Both the position numbers and the translations under genes were made by a program. DNA of 64,000 nt, from the NCBI GenBank assembly GCA_044447375.1, contig JBIOFT010000003.1:131-64130 (forward strand). Direction: 5' to 3'. A model generated the notes under the pieces. It was not told where the DNA came from, did no database searches, and worked only from the letters and a program-made list of their open reading frames with translations. This document shows, in pieces, positions 30,574 to 40,571 of this stretch (positions within the stretch are counted from its first letter, which is position 1; every line of letters begins with the position of its first letter). This DNA comes from Terriglobales bacterium. GTDB lineage: Bacteria; Acidobacteriota; Terriglobia; Terriglobales; Acidobacteriaceae.

Positions 30574-32136
30574 TTAACGCTGCGCGCCAGCACCTTGCGC
30601 TGGTGGTTCTTCCGCGAAGAACGGCGCCCACTGCTCGCGGCGCGGCGCAGGCGTTACCAGGCTCACCAGCACCAGGGAAAGCAGCGAAATAATCACTGCC
30701 GGGAAGATGGCGTCGTGCGCCAGCCAGTTCGCAGGCAGCAGCAGAGCGCCGCCGCGCTGCGCGATCAACTGCTGTACGTTCCAGAAGATGGTGACGGCGG
30801 TGCCCAGGATGATCGACGTGACGGCCGCGGCCGCGGTCACGCGCTTCGAGAAAAACGCTCCCATCACCACCGGCGTGATGGCCGCCGAATAGATGGTGTA
30901 GGCGTAGAGCGCCATGGCCAGGATCGACGTCCACACCACGCCTTGCAGGAGCGCGAAGATCCCCAGCAGGAGGATGATGACGCGCGAGACCAGCAGCACG
31001 TTGCGGTTCGAGGCGTTTTTATTGATGAAGCGGGTGTAGACGTCATTGACCAGGTTGGTCGCCGGCGAGAACAGGTAGTTGTTGCCGGTGGAGATCACCT
31101 TGGAGAAAACCGCGCCCATCAGCAGCGCGCCGATGAACGGCGGCAGCCCGTGGCGGGCGGTGAAGGGGATGGTCTCGCGCGGGCGGGCCGACAGTTCAGG
31201 GTTGTACAGGAACATCGCGGCGCCCAGGACGGCGATGGCGACGACCAGGGTCTCGAGCACGAACGTGCCGATGATCCAGCCGACCACGGCGGTGCGCGCG
31301 TCTTTCGGCGTCTTGGCCGAGAAAAATTTCTGGTACATGCTCTGGTTGCCGAGCATGAGCAGGAAGGTCGGCAGGAAAAACTCCCAGGCCTTGGTGAATG
31401 CTGTGGCTGTGCCCTGGTTCACGCCGTGGACGAAGCCGAAGCGTCCGAACCACTGGAAGTATTCCCGCGGGAGCGCGGCGTGCAGTCCCGCCGATCCGCC
31501 GACGCGGTGGAGCAGCACGGGAACGGCGATGCACGAGGTGACGGTGATCAGCAGGCCGATCAGCAGATCCATGTAGGCGACCGAGGCCATACCAGCCAGC
31601 GCGGTGAAAACGATGACAAAGGTCGCGATGATGATCATGCCCAGCGCGTGCGAGTTCTCCGGCGCAAAGCCGAAGGTCTGCACCGCCACCTGGTCGAGCC
31701 CGGGGAAGATGAGGTGGAGGATATCGCCGCCGCCCTTGAACTGGTAGGACGTGATCGCCGTGTAGGCGAACAGGATGGCGATGGTGCCGAGGACGCGCGC
31801 GGCCGTGTGGTAGCGGGTCTCGAGCAGGTCGGGGATGGTGAACTGCGCGAACTTGCGGGCGCGCGGCGCGACAAAATAGATGATCAGCAGGCCGGCCCAT
31901 CCGCCCGCCGGCTGCCACAGCGCGGCAAAGCCGTTCTTGAAAGCGTTCTCCGCGCCGGCGAAGAGCGAGCCCGCGCCGATCCACGAGGAAAGGAGCGTGA
32001 AGATCAGGACCACGGCGGGCAGCGAGCGTCCGGCGACCAGGAAGTCGGCCTTGGTCTTGACCGTACGCATGCGGCTCAGGCTGACCGCCAGCAGCGCCGC
32101 CACGATGATGGCGAGGATGACGATGTAGAGGTTCAT
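30574..32136 (-). CDS. sodium:solute symporter (SSS) family transporter
   Basis: From ATG 32136 (MNLYIVILAIIVAALL...). Polytopic. The first 30 aa of the track ORF are read from the GTACC repeat. Confidence 0.85.
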   Translation of the reverse strand: MNLYIVILAIIVAALLAVSLSRMRTVKTKADFLVAGRSLPAVVLIFTLLSSWIGAGSLFAGAENAFKNGFAALWQPAGGWAGLLIIYFVAPRARKFAQFTIPDLLETRYHTAARVLGTIAILFAYTAITSYQFKGGGDILHLIFPGLDQVAVQTFGFAPENSHALGMIIIATFVIVFTALAGMASVAYMDLLIGLLITVTSCIAVPVLLHRVGGSAGLHAALPREYFQWFGRFGFVHGVNQGTATAFTKAWEFFLPTFLLMLGNQSMYQKFFSAKTPKDARTAVVGWIIGTFVLETLVVAIAVLGAAMFLYNPELSARPRETIPFTARHGLPPFIGALLMGAVFSKVISTGNNYLFSPATNLVNDVYTRFINKNASNRNVLLVSRVIILLLGIFALLQGVVWTSILAMALYAYTIYSAAITPVVMGAFFSKRVTAAAAVTSIILGTAVTIFWNVQQLIAQRGGALLLPANWLAHDAIFPAVIISLLSLVLVSLVTPAPRREQWAPFFAEEPPAQGAGAQR

Positions 32137-32140
32137 TTGC

Positions 32141-32164
32141 GAGTACCGAGTACCGAGTACCAAG
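32141..32164. repeat. GTACC-family tandem 7-mers (single arm)
   Basis: gagtaccgagtaccgagtaccaag, between the yggU stop and the SSS transporter start. Confidence 0.8.
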
Positions 32165-32174
32165 CAGTGCAGCG

Positions 32175-32462
32175 TTAACTGTGAAGCCGTCTCCGCAGTT
32201 CCCCGGCGGACATGCCAGCTATACAAATCACCTTGTTTCGGCTGGTCTCACCCGCGGCTATGGTAATGGAGGAGCGCGAGACTTTCAAAAGTTCCGCCAG
32301 AAACTCGATGCAGGCTTCATTGGCGCGGCCTTCGACGGGTGGCGCGGTGAGCGCCAGCTTGAGAGCGTTGCCGAGCTCGCCTACGATGGCATTCTTGCGG
32401 GCGCGTGGCTGCACGCGCACGGCGAAAGTGGCGCCTTGGGGCGTGTTGCGGATCGAGATCAC
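32175..32462 (-). CDS. yggU: DUF167 (YggU-like) protein
   Basis: 95 aa. VRVQPRARKNAIVG...LKLALTAPPVEGRANEACIEFLAELL. Confidence 0.85.
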   Translation of the reverse strand: MISIRNTPQGATFAVRVQPRARKNAIVGELGNALKLALTAPPVEGRANEACIEFLAELLKVSRSSITIAAGETSRNKVICIAGMSAGELRRRLHS

Positions 32463-33175
32463 TTCAGCGGCCTTGGACCGAAGATGGCCGTGCCGACGCG
32501 CACGCAGGTCGAGCCTTCTTCGATTGCGATCTCGAAATCGTGCGACATGCCTATGGAGAGCATATCCATGCCGACGGCGGGGAGCCTGCGGGCGGCGATC
32601 TGGTCGCGCAATTCGCGTAAGCTGCGGAAATACGGCCGCCCGGCTTCGGGATCTTCCGTGAAGGGCGGGATGCTCATCAGGCCGCGAAACTCGAGGTGCT
32701 CCAGGCGCGGCGCGGCTCCGAGCAGCGCTTCGAGCTCGGGCGAATCCGGGACCACGCCGCTCTTCGCGGCTTCGCCGCCGGCATTGATTTCGATCAAGAC
32801 TGGCAGGCGCTTGCCGTTCTTCTTGGCCGCGACATTCAGCCCTTCCGCCAGGTGGAGCGAGTCGACGGAATCAATCCCGGCAAAAATCTGTGCGGCTTTC
32901 GCGGCCTTGTTGGATTGCAGGTGGCCGATGAGGTGGAAGTCGATGCCCGGCAGATCGGTCAGCGCCGGCGCTTTTTCCGCGAACTCCTGTACGCGGTTCT
33001 CCCCGAACAGCCGCTGGCCGGCGGCGTAGGCTTGGCGAATGATCTCCGGCGGGAAGGTTTTCGTCACCGCCATCAGCGCGATATCTTCCGGACGCCGGCC
33101 GGCTCGGCGGGCAGCCTCGGCGATGCGCTGGCGCACGCGGGCGAGATTGGCGGCAATCGACAGAAAAAACGCCAC
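32459..33175 (-). CDS. yggS: YggS-family pyridoxal-phosphate homeostasis protein
   Basis: 238 aa. AVTKTFP...HLIGHLQSNK...MSIPP...LSIGMSHDFEIAIEEGST. Confidence 0.92.
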   Translation of the reverse strand: MAFFLSIAANLARVRQRIAEAARRAGRRPEDIALMAVTKTFPPEIIRQAYAAGQRLFGENRVQEFAEKAPALTDLPGIDFHLIGHLQSNKAAKAAQIFAGIDSVDSLHLAEGLNVAAKKNGKRLPVLIEINAGGEAAKSGVVPDSPELEALLGAAPRLEHLEFRGLMSIPPFTEDPEAGRPYFRSLRELRDQIAARRLPAVGMDMLSIGMSHDFEIAIEEGSTCVRVGTAIFGPRPLK

Positions 33176-33258
33176 GGATCACACGGATGAATACTGATAA
33201 TTCAGAACGAATTCAAAAACCGTTGTAATCCGTGCGGAATCCGTGAAAATCCGTGGCC
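33172..33258. repeat. inverted repeat built from CACGGAT / ATCCGTG units
   Basis: ccacggatcacacggatgaat - about 35 nt - aatccgtgcggaatccgtgaaaatccgtgg, between the OPT stop and the yggS start. Coordinates are within 2 nt. Confidence 0.75.
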
Positions 33259-33271
33259 TGCCTTTCTTGAA

Positions 33272-35323
33272 TCACATGATCGCCGTCGGCGGCGCGGGTT
33301 CATCGGGGCTGCCGGCGTTGGCCAGCGGCAGCTTGACCATGACCGCGATCAGCGCGGCCAGCCCGATCAGGCCGGAAATCCAGGCATTCCCGGGCGAGAG
33401 CTGGAACAACTGGGCGGCGCCGCCGTGCGACAATTTTTGCGCGATGATGGCGGCGATCATGATGCCGCACAGCGCCTCGCCGGCGATGAGGCCGGAGGCG
33501 GTGAGCACGCCGGCGTTATCCACGCGAGCTTTCTGGGCATCGTTCAAGCCGCGGCGGTCGCGCAGCACGTCGGTGATCCAGCGCACCACCCCGCCGACGA
33601 AGATGGCGAAGGTGGTCTCCAGCGGCAGATACATGCCGACGGCGAACAGCATGGGGCTGCGCACCTGCACCAGGATCGCCGCGAACCCCAGGAAGATGCC
33701 GACCACCACGAGCGGCCACGCCATGTTGCCGCCGACGATGCCTTGCGCCAGCATCGCCATCAGTCCGGCTTGCGGCGCCGAAAGCGCGGCACTGCCGAAG
33801 GTGTAGGCCTTGTGCAGCATCATGAGCGGGAAGAACAGCACCATGCTGGCGACGACGATGCCGAGCAGGTCGCCGATCTGCATCTTCGAGGGCGTGCCGC
33901 CCAGGATGTGTCCGACTTTTAGGTCCTGCAGCATCTCGCCGGCGACGGCGGAAGAGACGCACACCACCGCCGCCACGCCCAGCACCGCGGCCACGCCGCT
34001 CGGTCCCTTGACGCCCATCGCCACCATCAAGAGCGCGGCCACCACCAGCGTGCACAGCGTGAGGCCCGACACCGGATTGTTCGAGGAGCCGATCATCCCG
34101 CACAGGTTGCCGGAAACGGCGGCGAAGAAGAAGCCGAGGATGATCATGACGATGGCCGCGACCACCGCTCCCGGCAGCGTGCCCGCGAAGTAGAAATAGA
34201 GCGCGATCATGCAGAGGAAGACGGCGGCGATTCCGGCGAAGACGACTTTCGCGTTCAAGTCATGTTCGGTGCGGTCGGTGACCGCCTGGTGCGCGGTGGC
34301 GGACTTCTTCAGGTCGTGGATGGCGCGCTTCATGCCGAGGCCGAGCTGGGCGCGCATGCGGAACAGCGTGAATCCTGCGCCCACCAGCATTCCGCCCACC
34401 GCGATGGGCCGCACGATGGAGTACCACATATTGAAGGCCAGCGCGCCCCAACTCATGGTGGTTCCAGGAGGAAGGTTGGCTTGGATCCCAGGTCCAAGGA
34501 AATAGACGAGGAGTGGCACCAGCAGTCCCCACGCCAGCACGCCGCCGGCGAAGTTGAGCGCGGCCAGGCGCGGTCCGATGATGAAGCCGACCCCGAGATA
34601 AGCCGGGCTGATGGCCGGCGTCGAGAACGTGGTTAGGCCGCCGGTGGCGACCATGGGTTCGCTGGCGCTGCGCCCGATGCGCAGGCCGTTCAGCATGGCC
34701 GGTATCTTCACCAGCACGGTGCGCGTGTACCAGAACAGGTTGATCTGCGAAAGGAAGTACATGACGGCGCCGAATCCCATGTTGGCGAACAGGATCTTGG
34801 CGGCGCGGGCGCCCTGCTGGCCGGCCTTGTGGATTTCAGAAGCGGCCACGGACTCGGGAAACGGAAGCTCCGCGTCCTCGACCATCACGCGGCGGAGGAG
34901 CGTGACAAACAGGATGCCGAGCGTTCCACCCACCGCCATCAGCGCCACCGACGGCCAATAGGCGTGTTCCATATCAAACACCGGCCAAACCCCAGCCATC
35001 ACGAATGCCGGGATGGTGAACACCGCGCCCGCCGCGACCGACTCGCCGATCGAACCGATTGTCCGGGTGATGTTCTCCTCCAGGATGGAGCCCTTAACCA
35101 GGCGCAGGAGCGACATGCCGATCACAGCCGCGGGATACGTGGCGGCGATCGTCATGCCCGCTTTCAATCCCAGGTAGGCGTTGGCAAAGCCGAGGATGGC
35201 GGTCAGCGGCAGGCCGATCAGCACCGCCCGCAAGGTGAACTCCTTCATCTGCATCTGGGGAGGGACGAACGGCTGAAACTTCCGGGGCGCCTCTGGTGGG
35301 GGAGCCGTGGGTTGAGGGCTCAT
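33272..35323 (-). CDS. OPT-family oligopeptide transporter
   Basis: 683 aa with about 16 TM segments and OPT-like N-terminus (EFTLRAVLIGLPLTAILGFANAYLGLKAGMT). Confidence 0.85.
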   Translation of the reverse strand: MSPQPTAPPPEAPRKFQPFVPPQMQMKEFTLRAVLIGLPLTAILGFANAYLGLKAGMTIAATYPAAVIGMSLLRLVKGSILEENITRTIGSIGESVAAGAVFTIPAFVMAGVWPVFDMEHAYWPSVALMAVGGTLGILFVTLLRRVMVEDAELPFPESVAASEIHKAGQQGARAAKILFANMGFGAVMYFLSQINLFWYTRTVLVKIPAMLNGLRIGRSASEPMVATGGLTTFSTPAISPAYLGVGFIIGPRLAALNFAGGVLAWGLLVPLLVYFLGPGIQANLPPGTTMSWGALAFNMWYSIVRPIAVGGMLVGAGFTLFRMRAQLGLGMKRAIHDLKKSATAHQAVTDRTEHDLNAKVVFAGIAAVFLCMIALYFYFAGTLPGAVVAAIVMIILGFFFAAVSGNLCGMIGSSNNPVSGLTLCTLVVAALLMVAMGVKGPSGVAAVLGVAAVVCVSSAVAGEMLQDLKVGHILGGTPSKMQIGDLLGIVVASMVLFFPLMMLHKAYTFGSAALSAPQAGLMAMLAQGIVGGNMAWPLVVVGIFLGFAAILVQVRSPMLFAVGMYLPLETTFAIFVGGVVRWITDVLRDRRGLNDAQKARVDNAGVLTASGLIAGEALCGIMIAAIIAQKLSHGGAAQLFQLSPGNAWISGLIGLAALIAVMVKLPLANAGSPDEPAPPTAIM

Positions 35324-35343
35324 GAACTCCTCGTCACTGCGAA

Positions 35344-35889
35344 TTGTGGGATGCGTGCCAACCGCGACAGCACGGTGATTTTACAAGCAAATCCGCCGGT
35401 TACGGGTTGGTTTCCGGGGTAACTCGGAGACGTGGCCGGATTTTCGCAGTGGGTCAGTTTTCGGTTCAACCGTTGCATGGTCCTTGGGGGTTACTTGTGA
35501 AATGGCGATTTCACGACAGTTGGGCCATGTGGCATCATTACGGCTCGGAGCACGCAATGAGCATCGGCCCTGCCTTCCATTTGTCCGCAAATGCCGCACG
35601 GCAAAGGCCGGAAATTGCGGCAGCTAGAGGCATCGACGTCGAAACGTTGGGTCAGGAGGGTGAGGTTAGCGACATCGCGTTGTACGTTTTCCGTGGCGGC
35701 TGGGGAAGAATTGAAGGACGCCGACGCTCAACTGAACGCGGCGGTCTTGTGTGGCTAACATTCCCACGCAGTCACGCATTCAATCCACTGGTGTGGGTAT
35801 TCGATTTTCGGTTGGCAAGACGCATTGAGCAGATGTTTCAGGAACTTGGCGGCGAGCGTCGTGACGCTACTGAGTTTTTCGAGCCGTAA
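35344..35889 (+). CDS. questionable hypothetical ORF (an internal ATG at 35557 is also possible)
   Basis: The only sizeable ORF in an 860-nt gap. Third-position GC is visibly weaker than in neighbouring genes. No motif recognised. Confidence 0.2.
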   Translation: MWDACQPRQHGDFTSKSAGYGLVSGVTRRRGRIFAVGQFSVQPLHGPWGLLVKWRFHDSWAMWHHYGSEHAMSIGPAFHLSANAARQRPEIAAARGIDVETLGQEGEVSDIALYVFRGGWGRIEGRRRSTERGGLVWLTFPRSHAFNPLVWVFDFRLARRIEQMFQELGGERRDATEFFEP

Positions 35890-36180
35890 TTGTCGATAAC
35901 AGGGGTTTACACAACCGACCCGGATTGCGCTGGAAAGTTCTCGCGTCCAAATGGACGTGTGGCTGGCTTTTCGGAAACTGACCCACTCCCCCGATTTCGC
36001 CCGCATTGCACCCCAGGTTCATACCTCGCTATACTTGAGGAGGTTTTCTGGTGGCTTCCCGGCATTTCCGGCCGGGAGTGCCGGACGAGGAGGGCGGTCT
36101 TCAGCAGTAGCAACCTAAGCCGGGCCACGGGCCAGGAATCTCCCGGCGATGCGCGCAGCAGGGGTCGGCAGCGCGTCGGT

Positions 36181-36996
36181 TTGCTGTTTCATGCTGGGCT
36201 GTTCCATACTGCGGCGCAAAGTCTGTTTGCCACACTGTTGCCCTCCGATTGCCGTCTCTGCCAGGCTCCCCTGACCAGGATCTCGCGACTCCCCGTTTGT
36301 GACCATTGCCTGAGGGGTATCGCGCCGATTGGTGGACGCTTGTGCGCGGTATGTGGTGAGCGCGTGCTCACCCCTTATGGCGACTCCCACTGCGGCGAGT
36401 GCCGCATGGCCGCGCCGCCGTTCGTGCGGGCGATGGCCTACGGCAGCTATGACGGGGGTCTGCGCGAGTTGATCCACCTGCTGAAGTACGGTCGCGTGCG
36501 TCCCGCCGCCGGCGTGCTCGGGCGCATGCTGGCGGAGGTGATCCAGGGTTTCGGAAGCGAATTCCAGTCGGCGGTGGTCGTTCCGGTGCCGCTCCACCGC
36601 AGCAAGCTGCGCCAGCGTGGCTTTAACCAGGCGGAAGAGATCGCGCGCGCGGCGTTGAAGAATCTGAACCGAAGCGGGCTGACGCTGGCGGCCGGCGTCC
36701 TTGAGCGCAAGCGCGCGACCGAGAGCCAGACCGGACTCACCGACCACCAACGCCAGGAGAATGTGCGTGGCGCCTTCCTGGTGAGTTCGCTCGATCCGAT
36801 CAAGGGCCAGGACGTGCTTCTGGTTGATGATGTGTTAACCACCGGAGCCACGGCGAGCGAGTGCGCGCGGGTGCTGCGTCGCCGGGGAGCGGACCGGGTC
36901 TTTGTGGCCACGGTGGGGCGCGTGCTCAAATCCGATGCGGCTTGGACGACTCCGGAGGAGATCGAAGAACCCAGGGTTTTGAAGGCGTATGCATAG
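36181..36996 (+). CDS. comF: ComF-family phosphoribosyltransferase-domain protein
   Basis: N-terminal Cys clusters (CRLCQ..CDHC..CAVCG..CGEC) and PRTase motif [13 protein letters not shown]. The start is uncertain: TTG 36181 is in frame and the track ORF starts at 35890. Confidence 0.75.
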   Translation: MLFHAGLFHTAAQSLFATLLPSDCRLCQAPLTRISRLPVCDHCLRGIAPIGGRLCAVCGERVLTPYGDSHCGECRMAAPPFVRAMAYGSYDGGLRELIHLLKYGRVRPAAGVLGRMLAEVIQGFGSEFQSAVVVPVPLHRSKLRQRGFNQAEEIARAALKNLNRSGLTLAAGVLERKRATESQTGLTDHQRQENVRGAFLVSSLDPIKGQDVLLVDDVLTTGATASECARVLRRRGADRVFVATVGRVLKSDAAWTTPEEIEEPRVLKAYA

Positions 36997-37072
36997 GCAC
37001 GAAACTAATCCGGGACGCATGGGCGGGCTGCAGCCGGTGGCCCTGCACGAGGGCAGCAACGGTCATAACCCG

Positions 37073-37582
37073 ATGCACGCTCCCGTGCTGGTGCTGAACG
37101 CTTCCTATGAGCCCATCAACGTGTGCGCGGCGCGACGCGCCATCGTGCTGGTGCTCAAGGGCGTGGCCATGGCCGAGGAGGAGAACGGACATTACCTGCA
37201 CTCGGCGCGGCTGGCCATCCGTGTGCCCTCGGTGATCCGGCTGCTGGAATACCGCCGCATTCCTCACCAGACGCGCGCCCTCTCGCGCAAGAACATCCTG
37301 CTGCGCGACCGCAATACCTGCCAGTACTGCGGCGAGCTGCTGCCTTCGAGCGAATTAACGCTGGATCACGTGGCGCCGCGCTCCCGCGGAGGCCTTTCCA
37401 CCTGGGAAAATCTGGTCGCCTGCTGCCATGGTTGCAACCGCCAGAAAGGCGACCGCATGCCCCTCGAAGCCGGCATGAAGCTGCTGCGTGAGCCCCGCGC
37501 CTTCAATCTCCACACCAGCCGCCACATCATGCGCCTGATCGGCCGCTCCGACGCCAAGTGGCGGAAGTATCTGTTTTATTAG
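37073..37582 (+). CDS. HNH endonuclease-family protein
   Basis: From ATG 37073. CQYCG...[11 protein letters not shown]...[14 protein letters not shown] is an HNH motif. Confidence 0.85.
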   Translation: MHAPVLVLNASYEPINVCAARRAIVLVLKGVAMAEEENGHYLHSARLAIRVPSVIRLLEYRRIPHQTRALSRKNILLRDRNTCQYCGELLPSSELTLDHVAPRSRGGLSTWENLVACCHGCNRQKGDRMPLEAGMKLLREPRAFNLHTSRHIMRLIGRSDAKWRKYLFY

Positions 37583-37668
37583 CAATCAGCAGTCAGCACT
37601 CAGCAGTCAGCTAAACCACGCGGCCGGCCACGTTTTGGCTGAGTGCTGAAAGCTGATTGCTGAATGCT
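37581..37668. repeat. inverted repeat of tandem 7-mers (CAGCAGT/CAGCACT)
   Basis: agcaatcagcagtcagcactcagcagtcagc - 26 nt - gctgagtgctgaaagctgattgctgaatgct, between convergent genes. Confidence 0.9.
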
Positions 37669-38525
37669 TACTTTGGCGGCTGCTGCTGGCCGTCCTGTCC
37701 GCCTTTGCCCTGCTGCGGTGCGGCCGGGATATCTTGTCCTTCGTAGGTGATGCGCACTTTGGAGCCAAACCGTTTGTAGTTGGTGTACTTGATGGTCTCG
37801 CGGATGCGCACGTCGCCGGTGGTGAAGTGCAAGGTGTCATCGGCGCGGGTGTAGGTGGGAAACCAGTACTGCCCGTCGACCTGCTCCCGCCAGGTGGTGA
37901 ACGCGGGAAACAGGTTTTCCTGGCCGGCCTTGACCTTTTTGCCCTTGGTGTTGCCGGCGCGAAACTCGGGCACAGTGCGGCCGCTGGTCTTCACGATCTG
38001 GAAGTCGTGGTCATCCACCCAGATGCGGCCGTCGAAATAGCGCTTGCCTTGCTGGATCTGCTTGGGCCGCACGTCGAAAACATAAGTGGTGAGCTCGTCC
38101 TGCTGTTGCCGGCCGACGTAACTGACGTCGTACAACGGAATCTCGGCGGTAGTCAGCACGAACGGCAGCACGTTGCGGATGTCCTCAAAGTCCTCCCGCG
38201 ACATGGATACGAGTTGCAGCGAGGACTGGGGAGCGAAGACCACGTTTTCGACGCGGCGGCCCTGATCGTCGAACAGCACGTCCCAGGTCTGCTCGAACCG
38301 GCCGCCATCCTCGGGGGTCTCGATCTTGATCGTCTGGCGATAGGTGTAGTTATCGCGGGCCGCTTTGAACTGGGCCTCGCGAGCCGCGAACTTCTGGATG
38401 ACTTCCTGCGAGGTGATGCCGGCAGGCGGCGCCGGATCGAGCGCGCCTTCGCCTTTCTGGGCGACCGCCGGCAGGCTCAGCAGCAACAGCGCGAGAACAG
38501 GAAACAGAATTTTCTGGTGGCGCAT
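37668..38525 (-). CDS. secreted protein, LolA-like outer-membrane lipoprotein-sorting family (tentative)
   Basis: 285 aa. Signal peptide MRHQKILFPVLALLLLSLPAVAQ. The beta-rich body resembles LolA-superfamily proteins. The family call is from memory. Confidence 0.55.
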   Translation of the reverse strand: MRHQKILFPVLALLLLSLPAVAQKGEGALDPAPPAGITSQEVIQKFAAREAQFKAARDNYTYRQTIKIETPEDGGRFEQTWDVLFDDQGRRVENVVFAPQSSLQLVSMSREDFEDIRNVLPFVLTTAEIPLYDVSYVGRQQQDELTTYVFDVRPKQIQQGKRYFDGRIWVDDHDFQIVKTSGRTVPEFRAGNTKGKKVKAGQENLFPAFTTWREQVDGQYWFPTYTRADDTLHFTTGDVRIRETIKYTNYKRFGSKVRITYEGQDIPAAPQQGKGGQDGQQQPPK

Positions 38526-38612
38526 AAGGCTTTTCAGGAATCTCCTGGTTAGATGGCGGAATGCGGTTGCAAGTTGCTGCCCCCGATTTGCCGCCGGCCG
38601 CGCTTCTTTTTT

Positions 38613-39503
38613 CTAGGCATGGTTGTCGGCGGAGAGATGCGCCCCTCCCAGCAGCAGCAGTCCCGACAAGAACGCCCAGAACATTAGGGTGACCGAGATG
38701 GAGAACGGGCCATAGACCTCGGCGAAGTTCAGTTTGGGAAGCAGCAGGATATAGAGATACTTCGCGCCTTCCCAGAGCAGTCCCACCACGATGGCCGCAG
38801 GCAGCACCGCGCGCGCCGGGGTCTTGCCGTTGGGCAGCACCCAGTAGATCAGGAAAAAGATGACGATGGTGGTCACCAGCGCGCACGCCTTCATGATAAC
38901 GAAGGTGGAGATACGGACGGGCAGGACCGCTTCGCCGTGGGTCATCCACAGCAGCAGTGCGCGATGCCCGGCGCTGAGGCCGATGGAGAGCAGCGCCAGG
39001 CAGCCGCAGCCGAACGCCAGCCCCAGCGAGACCAGCAGGTTTCCCAGATAGCTTCGGTTGTGCGGAAATCCCCAGATCTTGTTCAACGCCACCTCCAGCG
39101 GCAGAAAGACGCCAGTCGAGGTGATCAGCAGGATCACCACCGAAGCCACCGCGGCGCGCTGCCGGGCATTGATCAGCACGTTGAGGTTGCGGACGATAAA
39201 CTCCTGGCCGGCAGGCAGATAGTCGCGCAGCAGGGCGATCACGACTTCGTACATGGACTTGGAATGGAAGACGCGGCGGATCAGGGTCAGCAGCAGGACC
39301 ATGAACGGAAAGAACGAAAGGATGGCGTTGGCGGCCACCGAGAAGGCAAAGGTGTGGACCTCGAGGCGCATCAGGTATCCGGCGGTCAGCATCAGCCGCC
39401 GCACGAAGGGCACCGGTTTGAGCGGCGCAGCCAGCCGCTCGACCGCCTTCGCGGGCGCTGCAGGCCGAGGCCCTGCCGGAGCGCTGGTGGGATTGCCGGA
39501 CAT
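38613..39503 (-). CDS. YihY/BrkB-family membrane protein
   Basis: 296 aa with 6 TM segments. FFLIYWVLPN...YGPFSISVTLMFWAFLSGLLLLGGA is typical of YihY. Confidence 0.85.
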   Translation of the reverse strand: MSGNPTSAPAGPRPAAPAKAVERLAAPLKPVPFVRRLMLTAGYLMRLEVHTFAFSVAANAILSFFPFMVLLLTLIRRVFHSKSMYEVVIALLRDYLPAGQEFIVRNLNVLINARQRAAVASVVILLITSTGVFLPLEVALNKIWGFPHNRSYLGNLLVSLGLAFGCGCLALLSIGLSAGHRALLLWMTHGEAVLPVRISTFVIMKACALVTTIVIFFLIYWVLPNGKTPARAVLPAAIVVGLLWEGAKYLYILLLPKLNFAEVYGPFSISVTLMFWAFLSGLLLLGGAHLSADNHA

Positions 39504-39620
39504 CGGTCCATGCTAGCAGGAATGTTTGCGATTTGTGATTTGCACCAAGTCCGGGGCTATCGCAACCGCAGATCGGGGAAATCGGGCATCAGCAGTCGCC
39601 CGAACTCTGCATCATTCACA

Positions 39621-39787
39621 GGGGTGGAGCAGGCCTTCAGGCCTGCATTAATGCGGCCTCTTGAATCATGGGCTTTAGCCCCTGAGGCAGGTCAACGGCC
39701 GCGACGGGAACATGCAAACCACCTTAGCGGCTAAAGCCGAGCACCAGCGACGCTTCCATTATGCAGGGCTGAAGCCCTGCTCCACCC
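39621..39787. repeat. 167-bp nested palindrome whose arms are themselves GGC-TGAA-GCC-type hairpins
   Basis: ggggtggagcaggccttcaggcctgcattaatg ... cattatgcagggctgaagccctgctccaccc. Inner pair ggctttagcc / ggctaaagcc. Confidence 0.8.
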
Positions 39788-39864
39788 AAATCGGTCCGGC
39801 ATCACGAACAAATGCGGGCTAACCAACTCCATCACCAAAACGGCACCGGTGCGCATGTTCTCTC

Positions 39865-39893
39865 TTGAAAGAGCGTAAGTTCCTGAATATCAT
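39865..39893 (+). promoter_or_regulatory. candidate sigma-70 promoter for csp (implies a ~300-nt leader)
   Basis: TTGAAA-N17-TATCAT on the + strand, about 305 nt upstream of the csp start codon. Confidence 0.4.
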
Positions 39894-40198
39894 GCCGTCG
39901 GGTTCTCTTCCCGCAAGGGGACCTGGTTGTTCTATCAGCGGATTTGGGTTGATTGTCTTGTACTTCGCAGTCGAGCTTCAGGCAGGTAGAGGGTTGCTGA
40001 AGGTGGAGCGTGGTTGGAAGCAAACCATGCCATCGCCTTGCATCCCCTTTTCATTGCGCAGCGGCTGGAAGGCAAAGCAGCAACCCCTTCTCTTCCCGCC
40101 GGACCTGGTGGATCACGCGTTATGGGCGACCCAGGCGCCGGTCCGCCCGGGCGGCAGAGAGAATTCCATAACAGAGCTGAGGCGAAAGGAGTTTCTTT

Positions 40199-40405
40199 GT
40201 GAGAGAGAGGGGTACAGTGAAGTGGTTTAACGGTGCCAAAGGCTATGGTTTCATTCAACGGTCCACCGGCGAGGACGTGTTCGTCCATTTCTCCGCCATC
40301 CAGGAGAACGGATACCGCACGCTCAACGAAGGCGACACCGTGGAGTTCGACCTGCTGAAGGGTCCCAAGGGTTTCCAGGCAGCAAATGTGACCCGCGTCG
40401 TGTAG
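40199..40405 (+). CDS. cspA: cold-shock protein (CspA family)
   Basis: 68 aa. [17 protein letters not shown]...VFVHFSAI carries the RNP1 and RNP2 motifs. GTG start. Confidence 0.95.
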   Translation: MRERGTVKWFNGAKGYGFIQRSTGEDVFVHFSAIQENGYRTLNEGDTVEFDLLKGPKGFQAANVTRVV

Positions 40406-40460
40406 GTAGTTAGCTCATCGCGGAGCGATGGTGCCCCCGCCCAATCCGCTTCCGATTCCC

Positions 40461-40495
40461 ACCCCTTCCGGCATGGCCGGGAGGGGTTTTTTATT
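40461..40495 (+). terminator. rho-independent terminator after csp
   Basis: ACCCCTTCCGGC-ATG-GCCGGGAGGGGT forms a 12-bp stem, followed by TTTTTATT. Confidence 0.85.
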
Positions 40496-40496
40496 G

Positions 40497-40571
40497 AGTA
40501 CCAAGTACCGAGTACCTAGTCGGCTCTGCCTGGAATGGCCACTTGGTACTCGGTACTTGCTACTCGGTACT
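40497..40571. repeat. GTACC-family inverted repeat
   Basis: gagtaccaagtaccgagtacctag - 20 nt - acttggtactcggtacttgctactcggtact, between csp and queG. The right arm overlaps the queG stop. Confidence 0.9.

Noticed and set aside
37073-37582. The HNH endonuclease as part of a mobile intron, homing element or defence system.
   Set aside because: It is a stand-alone ~170-aa HNH protein with host-like composition, sitting between comF and a convergent gene. It has no partner genes (methylase, helicase, terminase) and no flanking element boundaries other than the ordinary intergenic palindrome.
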